Shown here: piece by piece, positions 16,585 to 24,502 of the stretch
Position numbering within the stretch: the stretch's first letter is position 1
Layout of the letters: the number at the start of each line of letters is the position of its first letter
Source of the DNA: Actinomycetota bacterium
GTDB taxonomy: Bacteria; Actinomycetota; UBA4738; HRBIN12
Direction: 5' to 3'
Assembly: GCA_040754475.1 (NCBI GenBank)
Contig: JBFMCN010000007.1
Coordinates: 10,296-74,295 of the forward strand
Length of the DNA: 64,000 nucleotides
The notes under the pieces: model-generated
What the model was told of the DNA's origin: nothing
What the model saw: the letters and a program-made list of their open reading frames with translations, nothing else
The model's database searches: none
Made by a program: the position numbers and the translations under genes

Positions 16585-18412
16585 CGATGGACTCCACGTC
16601 AACCTCGACGCCCCGGTCCCCGAACAGGTCCGACTCCTGCACAGTCTGGTGGACGAGCTCCCCAATGTCGGCGGGCCGCAGCTGTGGGGCGATTATCCCG
16701 CGCTGAAGCCGGTCGAGATCGAGCAGATCGGAGAGCAGCCGCTCGAGCTTGCGTGCGTTGACCGCGATGCGGTGCACGAGGTCGAGGGTGTCCTCTTGAG
16801 TAATGGAGGTGCCGGTCTGCTCGAGCGTCAGCGCTGAGCCGAGGATGGACGTCAGGGGCGTACGTAGGTCGTGGGAGACGGCTTCGAGGAACGTGTTCTT
16901 CATCTCGTCCAGCGCCCGCAACCGTTGCGTGGCTTCGCGTTCGCGTCGGAAGGCCTCAGAGTACTTGCGCTCACTCCGACGGAGCGCCCGTTCAGCACGC
17001 TTGCGCTCGGTGATGTCGACCATCAGACCGCGGAGCGCTGCTGTGCCCAGACTCGGGTCGCGGACGGCGTGGATGATGTCGCGGAGCCAGAGCACGTCAC
17101 CCTTCGGGCCGAAGGCCCGGTACTCGACGCTGTAGTCGCCTCCGTCCTCGACCGCCTGGCGGATGGTTCCAAGGGCGGCCGGCCGATCCTCCGGTTGGAT
17201 CTGGTCACCCCAGCGCCCGCGTTCGTGCCCTCGCCCACGGAGCATGAGCGCCGCGCGGTTCGACAGGAACGTGAACTCGAGGGTGTTGGGGTCGGCCTCC
17301 CAGAACGTGGCTCTTAGGCTCTCGACCAGCTCGTGGAACCGCTCGAGCTCGTGCACCCTGCGGGCGCTTCCGAGCGCGAGCGAGGTGATGTCGGCGATGC
17401 CCCGGACGAGGAGGAGATCGATCTCCGCGAACGAGCCTCGCTCGTCCGGGGCGACCAGCAGGAGCTCGCCCAGACCGTCCGGCTTCCATCGGAGCTGCGC
17501 GACGAGGATCTCACGGGTGGATCCGAGGAAGGAGTGCTCGGGACGGGCGTTCGCCAGGTCGTCCTTCCCCAGAACGACCGGCTGCGCGGTCGGAGCGAAG
17601 ATGCCCGCCGCCGTGCCTTCGTCGACAACCCTCCCGCCTTCCAGCCATTGGCTCGGCAGGCGCCATCCCTGCGCCAGGGTGAACGCCCCCGTCTCCGGGT
17701 CGCGGACGTAGGCGGCGAGCGCCCCGATCGGAATGATCGTGGGGACGGCCGCCACCGTGCGTGCGAGCGCTGTCGTGACGTCGTTGACTCCGGTAAGTGC
17801 CTGGGAGAGACCGAGCAGGGCAGCAGATGTCTCGGCGGCCTTGCGCTCCATCTGGAACAGACGGGCGTTCTCGAACGCGACGGCGGCGTGGGAGGCGAGT
17901 ACCTCGAGCATCCGCATGTCCTCTTCGTCGAACTGGCCGTAGCCGAGGTTCGACAGCATGATCACCCCGGTCACGCGGTCTCCGTACAGGAGGGGCACCG
18001 CCAGAATCGACTCGAGGACGTCGGCTGTCCCGGGGATCAGGACGGCGAAGGGTACCTGCCGGGCGTCCGGTGTGGAGAAGGACTGTCCGGTCGCGGCCAC
18101 ATGGCCGGTGATCCCCATGCCCACATGGGTGAGCAGGTCCTCGTAGGTCTCTCCCTGGTACTCGGTGAGTTCGCCCCGAAAGGCGACCGGCTCGAGAGTG
18201 AAGCCGTCGCGGGCGAGCAGGTAGATGCGGCAGTTGTGGTAGTCGATCAGGGTCTTCAGCTCGGAAGTGATGGCCTCGCCGATCTCGCCGACGTCGTTGA
18301 GTCGGTTCAGGCGCGCAGCCAGGCTGTGGAGCATGTTGAGCTGAGCCACCGAGCGAAGCTCGTGCTCGCCGGTTGTGATCTCCTCAGAATCCGGGCGGCC
18401 GGGTTCGACCAT
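16217..18412 (-). CDS. sensor histidine kinase (GAF-GAF-PAS-HisKA-HATPase)
   Basis: Two GAF-like regions, a PAS region, an H-box (LEAVSHDLRTPLTSILG) and a HATPase_c tail (ENLLANAVRYTPGG...DDEGPGVPED...GVGLSLV). The Met at 18412 (MVEPGRP...) is preferred over the track start at 18742. Confidence 0.85.
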   Translation of the reverse strand: MVEPGRPDSEEITTGEHELRSVAQLNMLHSLAARLNRLNDVGEIGEAITSELKTLIDYHNCRIYLLARDGFTLEPVAFRGELTEYQGETYEDLLTHVGMGITGHVAATGQSFSTPDARQVPFAVLIPGTADVLESILAVPLLYGDRVTGVIMLSNLGYGQFDEEDMRMLEVLASHAAVAFENARLFQMERKAAETSAALLGLSQALTGVNDVTTALARTVAAVPTIIPIGALAAYVRDPETGAFTLAQGWRLPSQWLEGGRVVDEGTAAGIFAPTAQPVVLGKDDLANARPEHSFLGSTREILVAQLRWKPDGLGELLLVAPDERGSFAEIDLLLVRGIADITSLALGSARRVHELERFHELVESLRATFWEADPNTLEFTFLSNRAALMLRGRGHERGRWGDQIQPEDRPAALGTIRQAVEDGGDYSVEYRAFGPKGDVLWLRDIIHAVRDPSLGTAALRGLMVDITERKRAERALRRSERKYSEAFRREREATQRLRALDEMKNTFLEAVSHDLRTPLTSILGSALTLEQTGTSITQEDTLDLVHRIAVNARKLERLLSDLLDLDRLQRGIIAPQLRPADIGELVHQTVQESDLFGDRGVEVDVESIVIPVDAAKVERIVENLLANAVRYTPGGSRLWAGVRGWRGGALIFVDDEGPGVPEDLREAVFEPFRQAHGVSDHSPGVGVGLSLVARFAELHGGRAWVEDRPGGGASFRVFLPGAQPTRDLPP

Positions 18413-18583
18413 GGCGGCTCCCTGGGTCGCGTGCCTTTGTCTCATCTCGGCAATCCTCGCCCCGGAGTTAATGCCTGCCGGCGAGCCGCGGGATTCGGGC
18501 GATGCCGGGCCTGCCCACGGGGGCCTGGACTCAAGGGTCGCGGAGGTGCTTGAACCGTCGGCGGTGGTTGCTAGCCTCGCGTT

Positions 18584-18862
18584 GTGAGCGTCAAACCCCC
18601 CGAGGCCGCGCGCGAGCTGCACGAGCGTTTCCGCGACCTTCTTGACTTCGAGCGCGGCTGGTGGAAGCACCCGGGCTCGAAGGAGCGCGCGGTTCGTGAG
18701 CGGTTCGGCCTGACACTGGCTCGCTACCACCAGCTGCTGCACCGGGCCATCGACGAGCCGGCGGCCCTCGAATACGATCCGATGCTGGTCCGGCGGCTCC
18801 GTCGCCTCAGGGAGAGTCGGCGTCGGCAGCGTGTCGCACGTGGCCTCGGCATCGAGCTCTAG
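18584..18862 (+). CDS. DUF3263-family small protein
   Basis: LLDFERGWWKHPGSKERAVRERFGLTLARYHQLLHRAIDEPAALEYDPMLVRRLRRLRESRRR matches the actinobacterial DUF3263 pattern. Confidence 0.7.
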   Translation: MSVKPPEAARELHERFRDLLDFERGWWKHPGSKERAVRERFGLTLARYHQLLHRAIDEPAALEYDPMLVRRLRRLRESRRRQRVARGLGIEL

Positions 18863-18902
18863 CGTGGCCCGTAGGAGGCGGGGGGAGAGCGAACGCGTTA
18901 GG

Positions 18903-19442
18903 ATGGGCGCGCACGAGCCACCAACGAACAGGAGCTTCTACTTCTCCTTGGCGACGAGCACACTGCGGTTCGCGATAATCGTTGCCCTCGTCGTGGGGGG
19001 CGCTCTTCTGATCAACCAGGCGTTTCAGGGAGAGAGCCCCAGCCAGCCGGACGGCGGCCTGGTCCCCACGACGTCGTCGACGCCTTCCGCGACTCCTTCC
19101 CCGAGCGGGCAGCCGAGCCCGCAGATCGCCGGCGTTCGGATCGCGGTCTTCAACGGCACCCAGGTAACGGGCCTCGCATCGGGGACGGCCGACGCTCTGG
19201 AGAGGCTCTACAACTACCAGATCGCCCAGACGCCGGCCGACGCCCCTTCGCCGGTCGCCCAGACGACGGTCTACTTCCGCGCGCCGGAAGACAAGGTGGA
19301 AGCGCAGGCGTTGGTGAACAACTTCTTCAAGGATCTGGAGGACGTCAAGATAGCGAAGCTCCCCGCCTCGGCCACGAATGTCGAGGCAGAAGTCCAGGTC
19401 GCCATCTACCTCGGCAACGACTACGCCGCCTCGCAGCAATAG
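18903..19442 (+). CDS. LytR_C-domain membrane-anchored protein
   Basis: Single TM segment, Ser/Pro-rich linker and a C-terminal LytR_C-like domain (VRIAVFNGTQVTGLASGTADALERLYNYQIAQ...VAIYLGNDY). ATG at 18903 chosen to avoid overlap with DUF3263. Confidence 0.7.
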   Translation: MGAHEPPTNRSFYFSLATSTLRFAIIVALVVGGALLINQAFQGESPSQPDGGLVPTTSSTPSATPSPSGQPSPQIAGVRIAVFNGTQVTGLASGTADALERLYNYQIAQTPADAPSPVAQTTVYFRAPEDKVEAQALVNNFFKDLEDVKIAKLPASATNVEAEVQVAIYLGNDYAASQQ

Positions 19443-20166
19443 CCTCGAAGCTCTCCGTGAGCGATCGCCCGCCGCCGGCATCTTCCTAGACTTCGACGGG
19501 TCGCTGTCGCGGATCGTCGACCGTCCGGAGCTGGCCCGTCCGGTAGAGGGCGCTCGTGAAACGCTGATCGCCCTCGTCCCTCGCTTCCGCGTAGTGGCAA
19601 TCGTGTCGGGGCGTCGGACGGAGGAGGTGGCCGGGCTGCTCGGCGTCTCCGGTGTCCAGTACCACGGCTTGTACGGCATGGAGCACACAGCGCCGGCTGT
19701 ACACGCAGCTGCCGTGTCACGAGCCGAGTCGGCGGCCGGGTTGGTGCCCGAGGCCTGGGTCGAGAACAAGGGCCCGTCGCTCGCGGTCCACTACCGTCAA
19801 GCGCCGGATCCGCAGTCGGCCCGGGCCGCGTTGGTGGGGGGGCTCCAGCAGGTCGCCTCCGAGATGGGGTTGGAGATCGTCGAAGGGAAGATGGTCGTTG
19901 AGCTCGTACCGGCTTCCCGGCCCCGCAAGGGGGGGGTGGTCGAGCGCCTGGTCGCGGAACACGGGCTTGCCGCGGCCCTGTTCGCCGGCGACGACGCGGC
20001 CGACATGGAGGGCTTCGCGTCGCTCGACCGGCTCGCTGAGAAGGGGCTCATCACCGTGAGGGTTGCCGTGCGTGGTGACGAGACGCCCGATTCGATGATC
20101 CGTGCCGCCGACATCGTCGTCGACGGGCCCGAGGGATTGGTGGGCCTGCTCCGTCAGATCGCCTGA
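19378..20166 (+). CDS. otsB: trehalose-6-phosphate phosphatase (HAD-IIB)
   Basis: FLDFDGSL motif I, AIVSGRR, GDDAADMEGF motif; T6PP family. The ATG at 19378 overlaps the LytR_C end by 65 nt and the 3' end overlaps otsA by 13 nt. Confidence 0.75.
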   Translation: MSRQKSRSPSTSATTTPPRSNSLEALRERSPAAGIFLDFDGSLSRIVDRPELARPVEGARETLIALVPRFRVVAIVSGRRTEEVAGLLGVSGVQYHGLYGMEHTAPAVHAAAVSRAESAAGLVPEAWVENKGPSLAVHYRQAPDPQSARAALVGGLQQVASEMGLEIVEGKMVVELVPASRPRKGGVVERLVAEHGLAAALFAGDDAADMEGFASLDRLAEKGLITVRVAVRGDETPDSMIRAADIVVDGPEGLVGLLRQIA

Positions 20167-21641
20167 GCGCGCAGTCGACGCTGGCGCACCCGCTCGAGAT
20201 CCTCGAGATGCGCCCGCACCCACCGTTCGGGCGGATTCGAGAGCACCAGTCTCGAGAGGCCGCGTGCCCGCCGAGCCCGCTCCTCATCTGGCATCTCAAG
20301 GGCGTCGCCGAGCGCGTCGGCCATCTCCCCCAAGTCGAAGGGGTTCACCGCCAGGGCGTAGCGCCCGAGGCGCCAGTACGCGCCGGCGTTGCGCGAGAGG
20401 ACGAGCACGCCCTGGCGCCGGTTGAGGAGCGGACCCTCCATCGCGACGAGGTTCATCCCGTCGTAGATCGGGTTGACGAAGAGCACGTCATACAGGCCGT
20501 AGGCGGCGATCGCTCCGAGGTAGTCGTCCTTCACGCGGACGTCGATCGGCTGCCACATGTCCTCGCCCAGTTCCCGGTTGATCCGCTCGGCCTCGGCGAG
20601 GCACTCCTCCGTGTAGGCCTGGTACTCGGGAAGCTCCATCCGCGAGGGCGACAAGAGCGCCAGGAACCGAACGCGGCCGCGCCACGAGGGAACCCGACGA
20701 AGGAGAAGCTCGTAGGCTCGGAAGCCACGCACGATGTTCTTCGTGAGCTCGAGTCTGTCCACTCGGAGTATCAGCCGGTTGTTGCCGCGCCAATGGTTCA
20801 GGTCCCGTCGGAGCGCGCGCACCTCCTCCGTCGATGCCACCTGACGCATCGGTCCCGCCTCGACCGATATCGGATGGATGCGCACCATCACTTCGCGTCC
20901 TTCCGTGCTGATGCGCGCGCGCGCGAGGTCGACCCGCACACCGGACAGAGACCGCGCCGAGGTCAGGAAGTTCTCCGCCCACGCTTGCGAGTGGAAGCCG
21001 AGGACGTCGGCACCGAGCATCCCTCGAAGCACGCCGTCCCGGATCTTGGCCGGCAGGATCCGCAGGTAGGTGGCCCCGGCGATCGCGGTGTGCGAGAAGT
21101 GGGCGATCAATGCGTCCGGTCGAAGCTCTCGCAGGAACCTCGGTACCAGGGACAGGTGGTAGTCCTGGACTAAGTAGACGGGGGGTGAGGTCTGACGATC
21201 ACCCTCCTCCGCGAGCGCACGCGCGAAGGCCCTATTGACCTGCACGTAGTCGGCCCACGCCTGCTCGACGTCCGTGCCGAAGATCGGCGAACGGACCGTG
21301 TCCCAGAGGTAGTGGTGGACGAACCAGAGGATGCCGTTGGAGATCCGGGTGTAGTACCCCTCGTACGTGTCGGGGGGGATGTCGAGATAACGGACGCGAT
21401 ACGCGGAACCGAACGCCTCCATGTCCACGCGGCCTTGGTTGGATCCTTTCACGAGCTCGCGATCGGCCTCCGACATCGCCGCCGCGACCCACAGACCTCG
21501 GGTCTTCTGCAGCGCGCCGATGAGCGCCGTCACGAGCCCGCCGGAGCCGCGTCGCGGGACGAGCTCACCTCGCTCGTCGCGTTCGAAGGTCACCGGCCCC
21601 CGGTTCGACGCCACGACCAGCGGGGCGTCGGATGCGTTCAT
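20154..21641 (-). CDS. otsA: alpha,alpha-trehalose-phosphate synthase (GT20)
   Basis: LVVASNRGPVTFERDE...WVHDYHL-type GT20 architecture, 495 aa. Confidence 0.9.
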   Translation of the reverse strand: MNASDAPLVVASNRGPVTFERDERGELVPRRGSGGLVTALIGALQKTRGLWVAAAMSEADRELVKGSNQGRVDMEAFGSAYRVRYLDIPPDTYEGYYTRISNGILWFVHHYLWDTVRSPIFGTDVEQAWADYVQVNRAFARALAEEGDRQTSPPVYLVQDYHLSLVPRFLRELRPDALIAHFSHTAIAGATYLRILPAKIRDGVLRGMLGADVLGFHSQAWAENFLTSARSLSGVRVDLARARISTEGREVMVRIHPISVEAGPMRQVASTEEVRALRRDLNHWRGNNRLILRVDRLELTKNIVRGFRAYELLLRRVPSWRGRVRFLALLSPSRMELPEYQAYTEECLAEAERINRELGEDMWQPIDVRVKDDYLGAIAAYGLYDVLFVNPIYDGMNLVAMEGPLLNRRQGVLVLSRNAGAYWRLGRYALAVNPFDLGEMADALGDALEMPDEERARRARGLSRLVLSNPPERWVRAHLEDLERVRQRRLRAQAI

Positions 21642-22879
21642 GCCAACTTCGACATGAGGTGGAGGTAGTCCTCGACCTCGCGAGGGGTCAGGAACCGCCG
21701 GCGGACGCGCTCCCTGCCTGCGGCACCGAGCCGCTCGCGGAGATCCGCGTCGCGCAGGAGCTCAACGATCCGCCGAGCGCAAGTCTCCACGGAGTCCACC
21801 AGGTACCCGCTGCGGCCGTCCTCGATCTGCAGTCTGATCCCGCCGACGTTGCCGCCGACCACCGGCTTTCGCTTCCACATGCCTTCGGCGACGACGAGCC
21901 CGAAACCCTCGCGGATCGATTTCTGCACGATCGCCTCAGCGGCGCGCTGGAAGGCGTTGATCTCCAGGTTCCCGACCTGCTGGAGGTTGGTGAGCAGATG
22001 GATATCGGGATCGCCGCGCCGGTGCTCCTCGGTGAGGTCGAGGTAACGCATGCCTTCAGGGTCGTCGCTGGCGAGCGACCCGGCCATGATGAGCTGAAGG
22101 CCGGGAACCACGTGACGGGCGAGGCGGTAGGCGTCGATTACCCCGAGGGGGTCCTTCCACGGGTCGAAGCGCGAGACCTGGGCGATGATCGGGCGGTCGG
22201 GGTCGATGCCGTATCCGGATAGGACACCACGGACGGCTTCGTCCGGCACCGGGGAGTTCTTAGGAGAAAGCGGGTCGATCGAAGGGGGGATGAACGCGAG
22301 GACGGGCCGCCCAAGGCCCGGTCGTGCGTACTCCTCCATCGTGAAGATCGCAGCGTCGAAACGGTCCACGAGCGGCTCGAAGAACTCCCACACGGGCTCG
22401 AATGGGGTCGACAGGTCGATGTGACAGCGCCACAGCCAGCGGCCGAAACGACGCCCCTCGTCCTCGATCACCGACAGGATCGCCGCCGGCTGGGGATCGT
22501 GGATGAAGACGAAATCGAATCGTTCCGTAAGTCGGCTGGCGTTCGTGCGGATGCGGTCCCAGTAGATTTCACGCATCCGGCCGGACCATGGGATCTCGGC
22601 CCCCTGCAGCGCGTTGTGGACGCTCTTGGTCACGTGGAAGTACTCGTCCGACCCCTCGACGACGGCCCACGCGACGTCCAGCCCGAGATCGTCCATCAGC
22701 GGGAGCTGCGTGTGCAGCAACTCGGCAACCCCGCCCCCGAAAGCCGTGCTGTTCACGTGCAGCACACGGGCTCCGGCCAGCGGATCCGCCGCCTTGCGAA
22801 GCCGTTCGACGGCTTCCGGCCCGGCGGCCTCCGTGTAGTCGTCGACCCGCTTGTCGCCGAGGGGGACGATCGGAAGCAT
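21638..22879 (-). CDS. treT: trehalose glycosyltransferring synthase TreT (GT4)
   Basis: Near-colinear with archaeal and Rubrobacter TreT (HVNSTAFGGGVAELLH...WLWRCHIDLS...PPSIDPLSPKN...QVSRFDPWKDP...MSIREGFGLVVAEGMWKRKPVVGGNVGGI). Its stop overlaps the otsA start. Confidence 0.85.
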   Translation of the reverse strand: MLPIVPLGDKRVDDYTEAAGPEAVERLRKAADPLAGARVLHVNSTAFGGGVAELLHTQLPLMDDLGLDVAWAVVEGSDEYFHVTKSVHNALQGAEIPWSGRMREIYWDRIRTNASRLTERFDFVFIHDPQPAAILSVIEDEGRRFGRWLWRCHIDLSTPFEPVWEFFEPLVDRFDAAIFTMEEYARPGLGRPVLAFIPPSIDPLSPKNSPVPDEAVRGVLSGYGIDPDRPIIAQVSRFDPWKDPLGVIDAYRLARHVVPGLQLIMAGSLASDDPEGMRYLDLTEEHRRGDPDIHLLTNLQQVGNLEINAFQRAAEAIVQKSIREGFGLVVAEGMWKRKPVVGGNVGGIRLQIEDGRSGYLVDSVETCARRIVELLRDADLRERLGAAGRERVRRRFLTPREVEDYLHLMSKLA

Positions 22880-22919
22880 GGGGGGAGTCTACTGCCCGAG
22901 CCAGTCTCTCCCGAGAGGG

Positions 22920-23813
22920 CTACCGCGTGAGGATGGCCTCGATCGCCTCCGCGAAGCCCTCTCCGTGAGTGCCGCTGGTGAGGTACACGTTGTCGGGCAC
23001 GGCCGTCCCCACGACGGAGTCGGCCCCGTTGGCCACGAGGAAGAACGCGGCCACCTGCTGGGAGACTTGCAGATCGGCGGGCGAGTCGCCGATGGCAATC
23101 GCCGAACCGACGGGTATGGCGTGGCGCTCGCGGTGGAGCGACACGGCAGAGGCCTTGTCCACGCCCTTGGGGAGCAGGTGGAGGGCGTGCGCTTCGTCGA
23201 CGTCCAGGTTGGGCAACCGACGCCGCATCTTGCCGTTGTCGTGGAGTTCCAGCCAGCGATAGCCAGCGGCTCGGAGTGCCTCGTTCGCCTCTGAGGGCTC
23301 GACCCATCCCTGGAACATCAGCATGGCCTCGGCCCACGACGCCATGGGTTCGATACGCCGGGGAAACCGCTCGAGCAGGAAGGCTCCCGCCCCCGATCGT
23401 GCGATGGCCGAGGCGGGGCTGTCCTCTCCTTCGAACGGCCCGAAGTTGCTGATCAGGGTCTCCTTGTGGCTATGGCGCTCGACGATCAACGCTCCCAGCT
23501 CGGCGATGAAGGCACTTGCACCCAGCAGCCGAGCCACCTCGGCCAATCCTCGTCTGGTTCGACCCGACATGATGACCAGCGGAACCTCAGCCTCGTGGAG
23601 AGCCCGAATCGCATCCGCAGCTCGGAGGGAGACCCGATCTCCCGAGGCCGCGAAGAGCGAGCCGCCCGGGCCCAGCATGGTGCCGTCCAGGTCGGCGTAT
23701 ACCACCCTGAGGTCGTGTATGTCCGGCCGTTCCGCGGAGAGACGTCTCACCCGTTCACCTGCGTTGACACTCCCATACCCCGACCCTACATTGGCCTGGA
23801 GGGAGGCCACCAT
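22920..23813 (-). CDS. HAD-IIB (Cof/sucrose-phosphatase-like) sugar-phosphate phosphatase, first gene of the treT-otsA operon
   Basis: YADLDGTML motif I, LVIMSGR, and a C-terminal GDSPADL motif. The real start is probably downstream of 23813, which collides with the rrf2 start. Confidence 0.7.
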   Translation of the reverse strand: MVASLQANVGSGYGSVNAGERVRRLSAERPDIHDLRVVYADLDGTMLGPGGSLFAASGDRVSLRAADAIRALHEAEVPLVIMSGRTRRGLAEVARLLGASAFIAELGALIVERHSHKETLISNFGPFEGEDSPASAIARSGAGAFLLERFPRRIEPMASWAEAMLMFQGWVEPSEANEALRAAGYRWLELHDNGKMRRRLPNLDVDEAHALHLLPKGVDKASAVSLHRERHAIPVGSAIAIGDSPADLQVSQQVAAFFLVANGADSVVGTAVPDNVYLTSGTHGEGFAEAIEAILTR

Positions 23814-24283
23814 TGCTCAGGATCTCTCAGAAGCTCGAATACGCGATGCGGGCCATGATCGAGCTTGCGCGCCACCGTGACCAGGACGGGCTGGTTCCCG
23901 CTCGTGAGATCGCCGAGGCGCAACAGATCCCGCTCCGGTTCCTGGAACAGCAGCTCGGCGCGCTGCACAAGGCCGGACTCGTCGAGAGCTTCAGGGGAGC
24001 TGGAGGGGGGTGCCGGATCGCGAGGGAACCCGTGGAGATTCGGGTGGCCGATATCGCCGATGCGATCGAGGGGCAGCTCTTCCCGATGTTCTGCCTAGAG
24101 CCCTCCGACCACACCTGCTTCCAGGACTCGCGATGCGGTCTCCAGGGGTTCTGGCGAGATGTCGCGTTGGCGATCCAACGGGTATTCGAGGAGACAACGG
24201 TCGCGGATCTCGTCGAGCGCCACCGGCGTATGGGGCCGATCCGCCCGGCTGGCTCGGCCCAGCTCCTCAGCCGGCTCGGCTAG
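23813..24283 (+). CDS. Rrf2-family transcriptional regulator
   Basis: MLRISQKLEYAMRAMIELA... winged-helix N-terminus typical of Rrf2/IscR, with Cys residues at positions 94, 102 and 108 as possible cluster ligands. Divergent from the HAD-treT-otsA operon. Confidence 0.85.
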   Translation: MLRISQKLEYAMRAMIELARHRDQDGLVPAREIAEAQQIPLRFLEQQLGALHKAGLVESFRGAGGGCRIAREPVEIRVADIADAIEGQLFPMFCLEPSDHTCFQDSRCGLQGFWRDVALAIQRVFEETTVADLVERHRRMGPIRPAGSAQLLSRLG

Positions 24284-24502
24284 CCGCGGTCGGGCTTCGC
24301 CTGTGCCTCCCCCGCCCATCCCCGCACGAACGACGCCGGCCTATCATTGCGATCCGGCTTCGGACCTAGGGCAAACGAGGGGAGGAGCTCGACGGTCGTT
24401 TGCCGGATGAAAGGGGGACGGCACTCGCCGTAGGCTTGGGCCTGTAGTCCGTTCCCCATCCCCCGAGCGGGGCGGTCACGAGGAGAAGGCCAACACGCGC
24501 CC

